A stretch of DNA of 64,000 nucleotides from the IMG/VR virus record IMGVR_UViG_3300017917_001996, positions 124,001 through 188,000 of that record; one strand, given 5' to 3'. Shown here piece after piece: positions 17,201 through 27,900 of this stretch (the first letter of the stretch is position 1; the number at the start of each line of letters is the position of its first letter). Under the pieces are notes generated by a model. That model saw nothing but the letters and a program-made list of their open reading frames with translations, had not been told where the DNA came from and did no database searches. The translations under genes were made by a program, and so were the position numbers.

Positions 17201-19985
17201 AGAAAAATTTAAACAGACTGTTATATCTAAGAATCTTAGTGTTGAACTAATTCCTGGAACGTATGGACAAAATTTAGTTGCCAGTAGCGAACAACCTGTG
17301 TTGTTATCTGGTGCATCAGGTAGCAGTTTAATAGTAGGGGATATATTCGATAGTATATTTGTCCCTGAAAGAATAATCTCAACGCAACAAGATTACCTCA
17401 AAGTAAAGAACAACACTTATAAGAATACATTATTTAATGTAAGAATTATCAATGACCAAACCCCAGTTAGTAACAAGAATACATTATTTAATGTAAGAAT
17501 TATCAATGACCAAACTCCAGTTAGTGACAGGAGTTCTTTGTTTACAAAGAAAATTATCAATAATCAAATTCCAGTCAGTGACAGGAGTTCTTTGTTTACA
17601 AAGAAAATTATCAACGACTGGGTACCTGCTACTGATAGAATAACACTAACCAACGATCGAATTATCAACAATCAATTTCCTGATACAAGTAAAAGAACTG
17701 TATTCTCTGCTCGCATAATCAACGACCAAGTACCTGCCACTGATAGAACAACAGTGGTTAACGATCGAATTATTAACAATCAATTTCCTGACACAAGTAA
17801 AAGAACCGTATTCTCTGCTCGCATAATCAACGACTGGGTACCTGCTTCATATAAAAGAACAGTTGTTGTAAATGCTATCAATAACGAAACAATACCAGAA
17901 TCTAACAGAAAAACTGTAGTTACCACTCGAATTAATAATGATCGAATACCTGAATCGTATAAAAGAACAGTTGTTAATTACCAAATAATTAATAATCAAG
18001 TAACTGAAAGTTTTGGAAAAACTGTAATAAGTGGACGTTACCGTGCAGTTGAATTACCAGAGAGTTCTAAAAAGACATTAATTAGTGTTCATCTTATATC
18101 TGATCAGATACCTGAGAACTTCGGCAAAACAATAATCAGTAGCAGCATTAAATCTAACCAGATACCCGAGAACTTCGGCAAAACAATAATCAATGGTAGT
18201 ATCAAGAATAAGCAAATACTTGAAAGTTCTGATAAATCGTTAGTTTTTAATAGACTTTATTCTGATTACTTACCTACGCCTTGGTTGTCAAAAATCAAAT
18301 TGAAATCAACATCATCTATTTCGCCAACTTTTGTTAAATTTAAGAAAGACAGCTCTTTAATACCAGAAACTCAAAGCAAGACTCTGGTTAAAAATAGATT
18401 AAATCAAGCAGTAACATTTAGACAAAATTTAGTATTGTTAAAAACTACAGCTACTATTCCTAAAAAATCAACGGCCATTGGATTCGAGTTCAACTCAAAA
18501 ATTTTAAATCCTTTCTCTAGTTTTAAAAATCAACAGTCGCCAGTTACTGGCAACGGTTCTGGTATTTTAACTAGTAAATTATCGATTCAAGCACCAAAGA
18601 ATTTCAAATTGATTTACGCAAAATGGAATTTTATTCGAACTAAAGAAAATCTTTACGATTTTAAAAATAAAACAACCATTGATTTTATTGGTAGTTATTT
18701 CTTTAACAAGACCTTATTTGAAATATCGTCTACTAATTTTTATAACGATAGAGTTAAAATTCAAGTTGACAAATACAATGAATTTACAGACAGATTTGAT
18801 ATCAACAGAGATATAGATGTAACATTATTGACTACAAAGAATAAATCGGTTGTAGATTTAAAAAATGAGATGTTTCTAGCGTTGGAAAAAAATCTCATAG
18901 TTAATCATACTGAGGTATCAAGTGACAATCCGGTAGAGGTTAATATCGATAATCTATCGTCGAGTAAACTTGATTCTGAAGTTGACAGCAACAAAAAACT
19001 GTTAATTAACCAATTGGAAAAAGTTAGAGAACCTCTGTATAACATAATTGAATATAAAAATAAAACAGAAATTGATTTAACAGAGGTAATCATATCTAAG
19101 AGTGATCCAGTTGCTTACTTTAATCCCAGCCTCTTAAATGGCACTTTAGATCTGATCCTTGATTTGAATAATTTGTTAAAATCTCGTTACACTCTAGATA
19201 TACTGCTCAACCCAGCTGGATCAATAACACAACTTGGAGTCATTATAGACAGCTTGTCTACAGCGTACATACAATTACAAAGTCTAATCTCAGGAACCGA
19301 GTCCTCATTGTTATCAAAGATTAATGAAACTATGGATAGCACTGCGTCACAAATTAATTCAATGCTGATTAGAATTGATGGCGTATACACTCAGATACTA
19401 AAGACGTTAGACTCTTACAATGATGTTGCGTCAATGGTTCAGCAACCGTTGACATTAATCGATGATGTGTTAACAGCATATACTGTAAACAGTCTACCAC
19501 CGTTAATGGATGCACCGACACAAATTAATCAACCATTGGATCCGATGCTCGATCAACCAACAAGAATCTTTAAGCTATTGGATATACTAAAAGATGAAGC
19601 TACGACAATCTTTAAACCAATGGTAGTTAAACTAGATGAAGACCAAATTTGGGTATCGGGCGAACTAAACAAAACTGGAGCATATACGACATTAATACAA
19701 GTATATGCTGACGATGGCCGAGGTGGTGATAAAGTAACAAATCGAGGACATCCGCCATCAAACTTGCCTTTTGTTCTTTACAGTAAAGAATACAACTATG
19801 GATATGGTAGTTACTTGACCTTTGGAGAAGCTCAGGCAGCAGCCGATAAATACGCTTCAGCAACACCAATTCCTATTGTTGATACAAATTACTGGAATTA
19901 CAGAATTTATTTCAATAATAAACATTATTGTGTTCCAAAGAAGGGATTGGTATTCCCTGTTAAATGGTACATCCGCGGAGGCTAA
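14265..19985 (+). CDS. Large virion/fibre protein with a propeller-like N-region and 18-aa repeats; start uncertain
   Basis: 1906-aa ORF. The start lies inside a 14-bp hairpin and an out-of-frame TTG start with SD exists at 14237. Confidence 0.65.
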   Translation: MMFSSASSCIPESLVSVDFVSLKDQVLDISIDVTITVNGEIISDRPINLLIGDRVKAEVVSPLGYLQYQFYEYFLDGQKHHFAVVNKSYYAPTVKTADVPKKWFNYNVSDLRISFYDPDDAITYPIGFAKNFVDIQSSHIVLDHINNTVGFYGVNHNMITMVTLPGGPIEYKKFSYQIPQTDITTTDVLVLCSNRRLYRIRFDNRYSDNGEFTPTVIPLFNLGNLWFDQDMPTGESFIEFRRQRLLNKLSPVLTAIDIGNNYIWLAGYDSIFILSKSNFSLLNTIKINFGTIISICAINNDAIATTRDGKVLYINYAGTVTTLHTTRVLGMPSSINNNTAVAVPDPDNRYILIFEDDTGNYTTWNTEDFAPAYAREFEGQLWVTGHDNNTVLRFNSPTDVSKFSFENKVTTVSVVGKSILATHYLQNVTTLNLDGVEKIISMSFETKKGPMSHVGSEPNRVTMIGQEGILPKTSPGLTCWTNGIINEPTKTGDYVGVSYRGEAVGKFRSVLILGETAIDYDVEIAETPAEFKCRNFTPKVITSDQISTTTVIVYIDQDIELESNILVSATFGYLSVNNASYYGKDFITKSSFITLKVPFNDSLRAIAPILSIGTHQIAIPIKSSINSQTELESLLPSNITSLTDLLPNVVVNGSLIIPVTDSYFIPDYYRVSTDPNIGDINFTLIRETEETVLTKGFTYDLMAGDEVFVSNIVTSPSIHDKRQTLLVGSFVTGLSWQTAGPPLIDTLTFDTLVEPFKSNNEYILIDGIVYDVGYRLYESSIATITSSSAITCNLYVNNSNAGMIIDGNTVNGYYAIDVPISSTISLTRNITDFFQEAINLYQVFYDNEISSNVYISVGNWDIQNKYGTSSDLDTKNLVLEDINSSIIDEQNLLHIAITPESLADLYTQLGIKISALNVKFTEILKEISGFVSQSQDAIIATPLSVILEKYNDDLKTGQNFLSFQQISLFDVKLSIENILEKFKQTVISKNLSVELIPGTYGQNLVASSEQPVLLSGASGSSLIVGDIFDSIFVPERIISTQQDYLKVKNNTYKNTLFNVRIINDQTPVSNKNTLFNVRIINDQTPVSDRSSLFTKKIINNQIPVSDRSSLFTKKIINDWVPATDRITLTNDRIINNQFPDTSKRTVFSARIINDQVPATDRTTVVNDRIINNQFPDTSKRTVFSARIINDWVPASYKRTVVVNAINNETIPESNRKTVVTTRINNDRIPESYKRTVVNYQIINNQVTESFGKTVISGRYRAVELPESSKKTLISVHLISDQIPENFGKTIISSSIKSNQIPENFGKTIINGSIKNKQILESSDKSLVFNRLYSDYLPTPWLSKIKLKSTSSISPTFVKFKKDSSLIPETQSKTLVKNRLNQAVTFRQNLVLLKTTATIPKKSTAIGFEFNSKILNPFSSFKNQQSPVTGNGSGILTSKLSIQAPKNFKLIYAKWNFIRTKENLYDFKNKTTIDFIGSYFFNKTLFEISSTNFYNDRVKIQVDKYNEFTDRFDINRDIDVTLLTTKNKSVVDLKNEMFLALEKNLIVNHTEVSSDNPVEVNIDNLSSSKLDSEVDSNKKLLINQLEKVREPLYNIIEYKNKTEIDLTEVIISKSDPVAYFNPSLLNGTLDLILDLNNLLKSRYTLDILLNPAGSITQLGVIIDSLSTAYIQLQSLISGTESSLLSKINETMDSTASQINSMLIRIDGVYTQILKTLDSYNDVASMVQQPLTLIDDVLTAYTVNSLPPLMDAPTQINQPLDPMLDQPTRIFKLLDILKDEATTIFKPMVVKLDEDQIWVSGELNKTGAYTTLIQVYADDGRGGDKVTNRGHPPSNLPFVLYSKEYNYGYGSYLTFGEAQAAADKYASATPIPIVDTNYWNYRIYFNNKHYCVPKKGLVFPVKWYIRGG
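17421..18284 (+). repeat. About 16 tandem 54-nt (18-aa) coding repeats
   Basis: KNTLFNVRIINDQTPVSN / RSSLFTKKIINNQIPVSD / KRTVFSARIINDQVPATD etc.; near-identical copies at 17421 and 17475. Confidence 0.9.
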
Positions 19986-19991
19986 TTTTTA

Positions 19992-22900
19992 ATGATACTT
20001 GGTCAAAATCATCACGTTATTGTACCTGATACAAAAGACGAAGTTGCTATTGTAGAAAAAGTCTACTCTTTAACTTCAGCTGAGCTCGATAAAGATCTAA
20101 TTAGAATCGAGATGTACGGTGATGATTTTATGTTCGGAAGGAATCCAGATGATCTTCCTCCTGAGCCCGGTGTTGGTATATTAGATGATTTTACAGCAAG
20201 AGTGCCGACTCCGCCACATGAGCTAATTAAAGTTTTCTTGCCGCAATTTCAAATCGAATCAGTTAATCGTGCAATTGGAAATACAGCTAGTGCTGATTTA
20301 CTAAACGGAACCAATGGTATCAGTAGCATATGGCCAGACAACGTTAACGGAAATATTATAGTTATAAATTATGGTTTACACGATGCCAAAGCAAACATTG
20401 ACATTCAAACTTATAAAAATAATTTAATATCGTTACGTCAGGGTTTGGCAGAAGAACAAATTTTAGTTTGGCAAACACCATCACCTACACTTACAGTTAA
20501 TACTGCTCCTTATGCTGATGCAATGATTGAAGTAGCTGCACAGTTCAACGACATAGTTTCAGATACCAGGAAAATTTCAAATTGGACTGATGAATTGCCC
20601 GACGGTGAGTACCCACGTCAGTTAGGTTATTCTCGTTGGGTTGATTTAGTATTGTCTGAAAAAATAAACTTGGCAATTTTAAAACATTTAGGATCTGACA
20701 GACATAGGTATTATAGACTTGACTACCAGGAAAAATTTATTTTAGATAATCAAAATCAAATTGATTTATCATTTACCCCTTTGTCAACTAGTTGGGTTGA
20801 AATATATCACAGAAAAAATACAGCTTTTTATGCAGTGTCAAGAGGCAATGTTGACATTATAACCAATCCAATTAACAATGTAAGCGGACATTTAGCCGGT
20901 GGCCTGCACAGTATAGAAACTGGCGAGCAGTTAGTATCTGTAACCAACGGATATACTTTAATTAAAATTCGTAGAGAAACCGGGCAAGTAATCTATCATA
21001 AAACATTTAATTTTGAAGCGGATATACAAAATGCCAAAGCATTGGCTACAGCGTTAAACGAAACATCGAGCGATTACATTGTTGTAGTAACAACATACAA
21101 TGAACCAAAATCTAATAGACTTATATTTGAATTAGCAGATGCTATGTGTCGCTGCGGTGCAAGTACTGAGATATTTGGCAATCCAGAATTTAGACAAAGT
21201 GCAGCTTATATATTAATTGGTATTCCTGGCGTAGGTGCTGGCGGAGGTATGGAAGCATACGCAGGAATGATAGATAATGACAGGTATGCATATTGCGAAA
21301 TTGATTTTGAAATAGCATCCAACGGTGTACCATATGCTCGGGATATCTTTCCTCCAGTGGCCCAAATACGAAATTTAGATGATGAAGTTATACCTTTAAT
21401 TAATCCTGTCTACGATTTAATTGCTGGAGTACCGCCCATTAACGGAGAACGAATTCTTAACCCTAGGTATGCAACATTCTTTACTCCAGGTGTAACCAAT
21501 GAAACCTTTGTAATACAAGGAAACAAGATTATTTTTAGCTCTCAGTTAACTGGTATCGTTACAGTAATTTGTGATACGCAACCAGAAACGTCGGCTAACG
21601 GTGTGGTAATCAACATTGACAACATTCACAACGTTACAAATTATATACATAGATTTAACCCAGCAAGATGGGCGCCTGGGAAGCTAACAACAACTTATCC
21701 TCCAGCTGGCACGGATCCTTTATCGCCACCACAAGTTGTAAGTGCCGCAGGAGTTAATGCATTAGGACTATACAACACATCATTGGCTGCAAGAGTAGGC
21801 GATTCTTTTTATTGTGAACCAATAGTTATCAATCAGCCAAACTTTGGTTATGTACGAATTACCTCAGACCGTAAAAAGATGATTTACTACCCATTTCCTA
21901 ACTATATAGGAATGGACAGCTTTTCATACACGTTAATGACACAGCACGGCCAGGCTGGAATGACCAAAGCAGTTTATGTTAAAGTCACTTCGACTCCAGT
22001 GCCAACTTATATGTTAACTTCTAATGTAAATGAAATCGAAGAAGGTGGTAATGTTAAGATCACGTTGACAACAACTTTGATAAGCAACGGAACAAGAGTA
22101 CCGTACATGATATACGGAGTTAATAAGGATGACCTCGTTAGTCAAAATTTAACTGGAGAATTTGTTGTACAAAATAACCAGTCGATACTTGTAATAACTG
22201 CGGCTAGTGATTTTTTAACAGAAGGCCCTGAGTATTTAACGCTTGCTTTGACTGGTGTTTACCCAACTAAAAAGATTCAGATCAAAATAAAAGATACGTC
22301 TAGAACTCCTGTTTATCGACTAACTTCCAATTTGGCAGTAGCAAACGAGGGCGATGTAGTTAGATTTACAGCAAATGCTAATTATGTGTTAGATGGGACA
22401 ACAGTAGGTTTCTTAATCACTGGTATATCTCCTCAAGATATTGTACAACCACTGTCGGGCAACTTTACTTTTTTATCAAATGTGGCCTATAAAGATATTC
22501 AGATAGCCAGAGATGCCAAGACTGAAGGCTCAGAGACAATGACAATGTCTCTAATAGGTCCTCTTCCTACAGTAAGTAATAGTGTGTTTATAACAGACAC
22601 CTCGTTAGATCCATCTTACAAATTATATTCTAATATTAATATATCTGGGGAAGGCGATACAATTAAGTTTTATGTAGAGACTACTGAAGTTCAAAACGGT
22701 ACAACAATACCTTATGTAATCACCGGTATACAACCCGATGACATCCTTTCGCCTCTCAGCGGAAACTTTACAATTCAAAATCACTATGCTGAGCAACTAA
22801 TAACTTCGAGAAAAGACAGAACCACAGAAGGCCCAGAAGTATTGGTTATGTCTTTACAAGGAATACCTCAGTCTAACGCAAATGTTATAACCACTAGCGT

Positions 22901-24467
22901 TCTGATCAATGATACATCGATTGATCCGACTTATAAACTATTCTCTAATGTTAATGTAATCGACGAAGGAAATTCAATTAAGTTCTATATTCAAACTACT
23001 GATGCACTCAATGGAGACATTGTACCGTATGAAATAACTGGAATTTCCTCATCTGACATAGTCCAGTCGTTGTCTGGGGTGTTCTCAATAAACAATAATT
23101 ATGCCGAGACTGTAATTACTACACGAGAAGATAGGACCACCGAAGGCGCAGAAACTATTACATTTAAAATATCTGGAGTTTTAGAATCTTCTGCAAATAT
23201 AACATCAGCTAATGTAACAATAAATGATACGTCGCTAACACCAAATTATATTTTAAGCTCTAATGTTAGCTCTGTTAACGAAGGCAATAGCGTTAAGTTT
23301 ATACTTTCTACATCTAATGTTCCTAACGGAGAAAAAGTGTATTATTCAATTGATAATATGACAATCGCTGATATAAATCAACCTCTGTCTGGTTATTTTG
23401 AAATTAATAGCAACATTGGTGAAGTAGTAATTACTACCAAGAAAGATTTAAATACCGAAGGTGACGAACAACTTACGTTATCTCTTGACACTATATCAAC
23501 GGTTGGAAATGTTACTAGTCATACAGTTACAGTTATAGATACTTCTTTATCGCCGCTTATGTCTTTTACTTCAAACAGGACAGTGATGATGGAGTCTAGT
23601 ACAGTTAAATTTACGGTGACTGTAGTATCTCAAAACGTTCCAGACGGTACTCAAATTCTTTACTCATTGGAGGGATTAGACGGTTTTAATGTAAGCGAAG
23701 ATTTGGTAGGATCATATGAAGGACCTAATTATTTAACGATCAATAATAATCAGGCAGAGCTGTTGTTTACAACTGTGTCTGATAGACGTACTGAGAACAC
23801 CGAGATTTTACGTGTTTCGATATTACCAATATTTAATGCAGTCTGGGTCGACCAACGATCATCTATAGATGTATCAGTGATTGATTCATCCAAGGGCTTA
23901 ACGTACAGCATTTCTTTTAGTGCTTCAACGATATTTGAGGGTGCTAGCACTGTAGCTACAATTGTGTGTACTGGATTATTCCCGGGCGAAACAATTAACT
24001 ATTCTATATCAGGTACAAATGTAGGAGCAACATTGGTAACATCAGCAATTGGAACGTTAACGCCTGTTAACGGTATCGCAACATTAAATATCCAAACAAA
24101 AATTGATGGTGTAAAATCTGGTGCAAGACCTGTTATGCTTTATATCTCAGGCCCTGGCGGCAGTTCTGCTTCTGCATCGTTTACCTTAGATGATTACTAT
24201 ACCTGTAACAACACTATCAGTCAATTTGGAACTTACACGATCGATTTTGGAACCAGAACAGGAGTCATTGGTATCAATTACGATTCATATGGCGCACCGG
24301 ATTCATATTCGTTAACTTGGAATGGAATTACAAGATCTGGAATTCTAAGATCCGGAACAGGATCTTTGCGTATTACTAAAACTACAGCATATCCTACTAC
24401 TGCAACTTTTACAATGACTTCTGGGTCTGCAGGTAGTCAAGCAGAAGCAACAATTTATTGCGGCTAA
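19992..24467 (+). CDS. Mosaic adhesin: degenerate SGNH domain, ILEI/GG-type lectin-like domain, cadherin-like Ig domain, 7 Calx-beta-like repeats
   Basis: GDD / NYGLHDA / DGEYP blocks; FRQSAAYILIGIPG; YYP.PNYIGMDSFSY; repeated EG..V.F...TEG.E...I.DTS units. Confidence 0.7.
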   Translation: MILGQNHHVIVPDTKDEVAIVEKVYSLTSAELDKDLIRIEMYGDDFMFGRNPDDLPPEPGVGILDDFTARVPTPPHELIKVFLPQFQIESVNRAIGNTASADLLNGTNGISSIWPDNVNGNIIVINYGLHDAKANIDIQTYKNNLISLRQGLAEEQILVWQTPSPTLTVNTAPYADAMIEVAAQFNDIVSDTRKISNWTDELPDGEYPRQLGYSRWVDLVLSEKINLAILKHLGSDRHRYYRLDYQEKFILDNQNQIDLSFTPLSTSWVEIYHRKNTAFYAVSRGNVDIITNPINNVSGHLAGGLHSIETGEQLVSVTNGYTLIKIRRETGQVIYHKTFNFEADIQNAKALATALNETSSDYIVVVTTYNEPKSNRLIFELADAMCRCGASTEIFGNPEFRQSAAYILIGIPGVGAGGGMEAYAGMIDNDRYAYCEIDFEIASNGVPYARDIFPPVAQIRNLDDEVIPLINPVYDLIAGVPPINGERILNPRYATFFTPGVTNETFVIQGNKIIFSSQLTGIVTVICDTQPETSANGVVINIDNIHNVTNYIHRFNPARWAPGKLTTTYPPAGTDPLSPPQVVSAAGVNALGLYNTSLAARVGDSFYCEPIVINQPNFGYVRITSDRKKMIYYPFPNYIGMDSFSYTLMTQHGQAGMTKAVYVKVTSTPVPTYMLTSNVNEIEEGGNVKITLTTTLISNGTRVPYMIYGVNKDDLVSQNLTGEFVVQNNQSILVITAASDFLTEGPEYLTLALTGVYPTKKIQIKIKDTSRTPVYRLTSNLAVANEGDVVRFTANANYVLDGTTVGFLITGISPQDIVQPLSGNFTFLSNVAYKDIQIARDAKTEGSETMTMSLIGPLPTVSNSVFITDTSLDPSYKLYSNINISGEGDTIKFYVETTEVQNGTTIPYVITGIQPDDILSPLSGNFTIQNHYAEQLITSRKDRTTEGPEVLVMSLQGIPQSNANVITTSVLINDTSIDPTYKLFSNVNVIDEGNSIKFYIQTTDALNGDIVPYEITGISSSDIVQSLSGVFSINNNYAETVITTREDRTTEGAETITFKISGVLESSANITSANVTINDTSLTPNYILSSNVSSVNEGNSVKFILSTSNVPNGEKVYYSIDNMTIADINQPLSGYFEINSNIGEVVITTKKDLNTEGDEQLTLSLDTISTVGNVTSHTVTVIDTSLSPLMSFTSNRTVMMESSTVKFTVTVVSQNVPDGTQILYSLEGLDGFNVSEDLVGSYEGPNYLTINNNQAELLFTTVSDRRTENTEILRVSILPIFNAVWVDQRSSIDVSVIDSSKGLTYSISFSASTIFEGASTVATIVCTGLFPGETINYSISGTNVGATLVTSAIGTLTPVNGIATLNIQTKIDGVKSGARPVMLYISGPGGSSASASFTLDDYYTCNNTISQFGTYTIDFGTRTGVIGINYDSYGAPDSYSLTWNGITRSGILRSGTGSLRITKTTAYPTTATFTMTSGSAGSQAEATIYCG
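22005..24194 (+). repeat. Seven ~100-aa Calx-beta/Ig-like coding repeats
   Basis: Units begin TY.L.SN....EG and end I.DTS..P. Confidence 0.8.
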
Positions 24468-24492
24468 CCAAAAATAAAAGATTTCCGAACTT

Positions 24493-24500
24493 AATAAATA
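24493..24500 (+). promoter_or_regulatory. Late promoter box (AATAAATA)
   Basis: Intergenic TAAATA. Confidence 0.6.
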
Positions 24501-24537
24501 CATAATATCTTGACAAAGATCGAAACGGATTTAACCA

Positions 24538-24894
24538 ATGGCCGCGCCAAATTTAACCACAACTACGTCTATTATAGGCAAAACTAAAGCAGATTGGATT
24601 CCAGCTACGCTAACAGCCATTCTTACTAATACGGCCAACAGTTCACAAGCATACAGAATAAACGTACTATATGTAACAAACTTGAGCGCATCAGATTCAA
24701 CAGTAACTGTAGATCTTTATAGGAATTCAATTAGTATTAAATTAGCCAATAATATTCCAGCACCTACACAAACATCATTGGTAGTTATCGGTAAAGATAC
24801 CAGCATTTATCTCGAAGAGGGCGATTCTTTACGTATTTCCGCAGGCTCAGCTAGTACGTTACAGTATGTTATTTCCTACGAAATTATGAGTTAA
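24538..24894 (+). CDS. ~120-aa fibre adaptor-family protein
   Basis: MAAPNL... / IYLEEGDSL / ISYE..S; paralog of 32948, 34683, 44700 and the N-domain of 8123. Confidence 0.7.
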   Translation: MAAPNLTTTTSIIGKTKADWIPATLTAILTNTANSSQAYRINVLYVTNLSASDSTVTVDLYRNSISIKLANNIPAPTQTSLVVIGKDTSIYLEEGDSLRISAGSASTLQYVISYEIMS

Positions 24895-24901
24895 TTAGAA
24901 A

Positions 24902-27900
24902 ATGACGATACGTTACCTACGTCAGCCGCCGGTATTAAACAACCTAAGTAAATCGTCGAATGTAAGTTCGACAGTACTAGGAACGCCCCTACGAATTACC
25001 AATGCTGCTGCTAGTACGTCGTTTACAACTGGTGCATTGATTGTCACCGGTGGCGTAGGTATTTCGGGTAACTTAAACGTTGCTAACGTAAGAGCCAATA
25101 CTGTTAGCGGAACTATTACCACTGCAAATCAACCCAATATTACTAATATTGGTGTGCAGCAAAATTTTACAGCAGTTAATGTAACTATTACTGGTAACCT
25201 AGTTTTAGCTGGTAACCTTTCTACTGTTAGTTCTGAAAATTTATCTGTTTCGGATTCTCTATTAGAAATCCACACCAGTGGAACAGCATTAACTGTTGAC
25301 GACGGCAGAGACTTAGGTCTTGCTATTCATTACTATAAAACTGGTGACCAAACTGCGTTTTTAGTCTGGGACAATGCCACTGGCAGTTTGAAGTATTACG
25401 CCGATGGTTCAGCTAGCGTTAGTGGTGTTGTATCCGGTACACTGGGTACAATTAACGCTGGCGAATTTATTGCGTCGAATATTACACCTTCGACTAGTAC
25501 ATTAACTGGTGCTTTACAAGTAGCTGGTGGTGCTGGTATTCAAGGTAATGTTTTTGCTGGTGCAGTATATACAAACAATTTATATTACGCCAATGGTAGT
25601 CCGTACAGTTCTTCCATGGGTGCAACTGGTGCCCAGGGTCCGATTGGTGCAACTGGTGCCCAAGGTGCTACAGGCGCTGGCTACACAGGAAGTCGAGGTG
25701 ACACTGGTTTAACTGGTGCAACTGGACCAATTGGTGCAACTGGTTTTGGTGTTCCAGGACAAGCAGGTTACACGGGTAGCCAAGGTATACCAGGTATAGC
25801 TGGTGTACAAGGTGCAACTGGCGCAAGCGGTATAGCAGGACCTGTAGGCGGCCTTGGCGCTACAGGTGCAACTGGACCAGCTGGCGCACCAGGAACTATT
25901 GGCCAGACAGGTTATACTGGTAGTGCAGGCTCAGCAGGCTCAGCAGGCGCACAAGGTGCAACTGGTGCAAGCGGCATAGCAGGACCAGCTGGTAGTACTG
26001 GACCTACTGGTTACACAGGTAGTCGGGGCATTGCCGGAACAGCAGGTACAGCCGGCGCAACTGGTGCCACGGGACCAGCCGGTTTACCTGGCGCAGCAGG
26101 TATTGATGGTGCAACAGGTGCAACAGGCTCTGTGGGACCTGCAGGTCCTGCGGGCGAAACTGGTGCTACGGGCTTACCTGGATTACCTGGCGCAGCAGGC
26201 CTAGACGGAGCAACCGGTGCCACAGGTATTGCTGGACCTGCAGGTCCTATAGGAGAAACGGGTGCAACTGGTCCAATTGGATTACCTGGTACAGCAGGTA
26301 TTGATGGTGCTACTGGCGCTACGGGTATAGCAGGTCCCGTTGGACCAGCAGGCGAAACGGGTGCAACAGGACCGGCTGGTTTATCTGGCGCAGCAGGCCT
26401 AGACGGAGCAACCGGTGCCACAGGTATTGCAGGTCCAGCCGGTCCTGTTGGTGAAACAGGTGCAACTGGTCCAATTGGATTACCTGGTACAGCAGGTATT
26501 GATGGTGCTACTGGTGCTACGGGTATTGCCGGTCCAGTGGGTCCGTTAGGTTCAACAGGTGCTACGGGTTTAACTGGTGCTACTGGTACACCTGGCAATG
26601 TTGGTTACACAGGTAGCCAAGGTTTAGCGGGTACAGCAGGACGTGATGGGGAAGCCGGTGCAACTGGTCCAATTGGATTACCTGGCGCAGCGGGCCGCGA
26701 TGGTTCTACAGGTGCAACTGGTATAGCTGGTCCAGTAGGTCCTGCAGGTCTAACAGGAGCAACAGGCCCTGCAGGTTTACAAGGTACAGCAGGTATTGAT
26801 GGTGCTACTGGTGCTACGGGTATTGCCGGTCCCGTTGGACCAGCAGGCGAAACGGGCGCAACTGGTCCAATTGGATTACCAGGCGCAGCAGGTATTGATG
26901 GTGCCACCGGTGCTACAGGTATTGCCGGTCCAGTGGGTCAAGATGGCGCAACAGGAGCAACAGGACCCGCAGGACAAATAGGTTTGTCAGGGCAAGATGG
27001 TGCTACTGGTGCTACGGGCATTGCTGGACCAGTTGGCCCTGCAGGTGAAACAGGTGCAACAGGACCTGCAGGATTACAAGGTGTAGCAGGAACAGACGGT
27101 GCTACCGGTGCCACAGGTATTGCAGGTCCAGTAGGTCCTGCAGGTGAAACAGGTGCAACTGGTCCAATTGGATTACCTGGTACAGCAGGCCGCGATGGAG
27201 CAACAGGTGCCACAGGTATTGCTGGACCAGTAGGTCAAGACGGTGCTACTGGTGCTACTGGTCCTGCTGGACAAATTGGCTTACCAGGTCAAGACGGTGC
27301 TACTGGTGCTACAGGTATTGCAGGTCCAGTTGGTCCTATAGGAGAAACAGGTGCAACTGGTCCAATTGGTTTACCTGGCGCAGCGGGCCGCGATGGTTCT
27401 ACAGGTGCAACTGGTATAGCTGGTCCGGTTGGCCAAGACGGTGCTACTGGTGCAACTGGTCCAATTGGTTTAACAGGTTCTCCTGGTATAGATGGAGCAA
27501 CAGGTGCCACAGGTATTGCAGGTCCAGTAGGTCCAATTGGTTTAACTGGTTCTACAGGACCTCAGGGCCCAGCGGGCGTTAATGGAAGAGATGGCGCCAC
27601 GGGTGCTACAGGTATTGCAGGTCCAGTGGGGCAAGACGGTGCTACAGGTGCAACTGGTCCTGCTGGACAGATTGGTTTAACAGGTAGAGATGGTTCCACT
27701 GGTGCAACTGGTGTTGCTGGACCAGTTGGTCCTATAGGAGAAACAGGTGCCACTGGCCCGATTGGTCAAACAGGTCTTCCGGGCAGGGATGGTTCCACTG
27801 GTGCAACTGGCCCAGTGGGCCCAGTAGGACAAAATGGAGCCACTGGTGCAACCGGTCCAATTGGTCAAACGGGTCTTCCGGGTCGTGATGGCTCAACGGG

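Noticed and set aside
17421-18284. CRISPR-like array
   Set aside because: The repeats are contiguous, in frame and coding, with no unique spacers.
24507-24520. TTGACA sigma70 -35 element and small ATCTT-GACA-AAGAT hairpin
   Set aside because: No -10 element at the right spacing, and a 5-bp AT-rich stem is expected by chance.
26011-27868. Minus-strand PVAPV ORFs and other antisense or alternate-frame ORFs across the window
   Set aside because: Shadows of Gly-X-Y or T/S/G-biased plus-strand genes; no independent motifs or expression signals.
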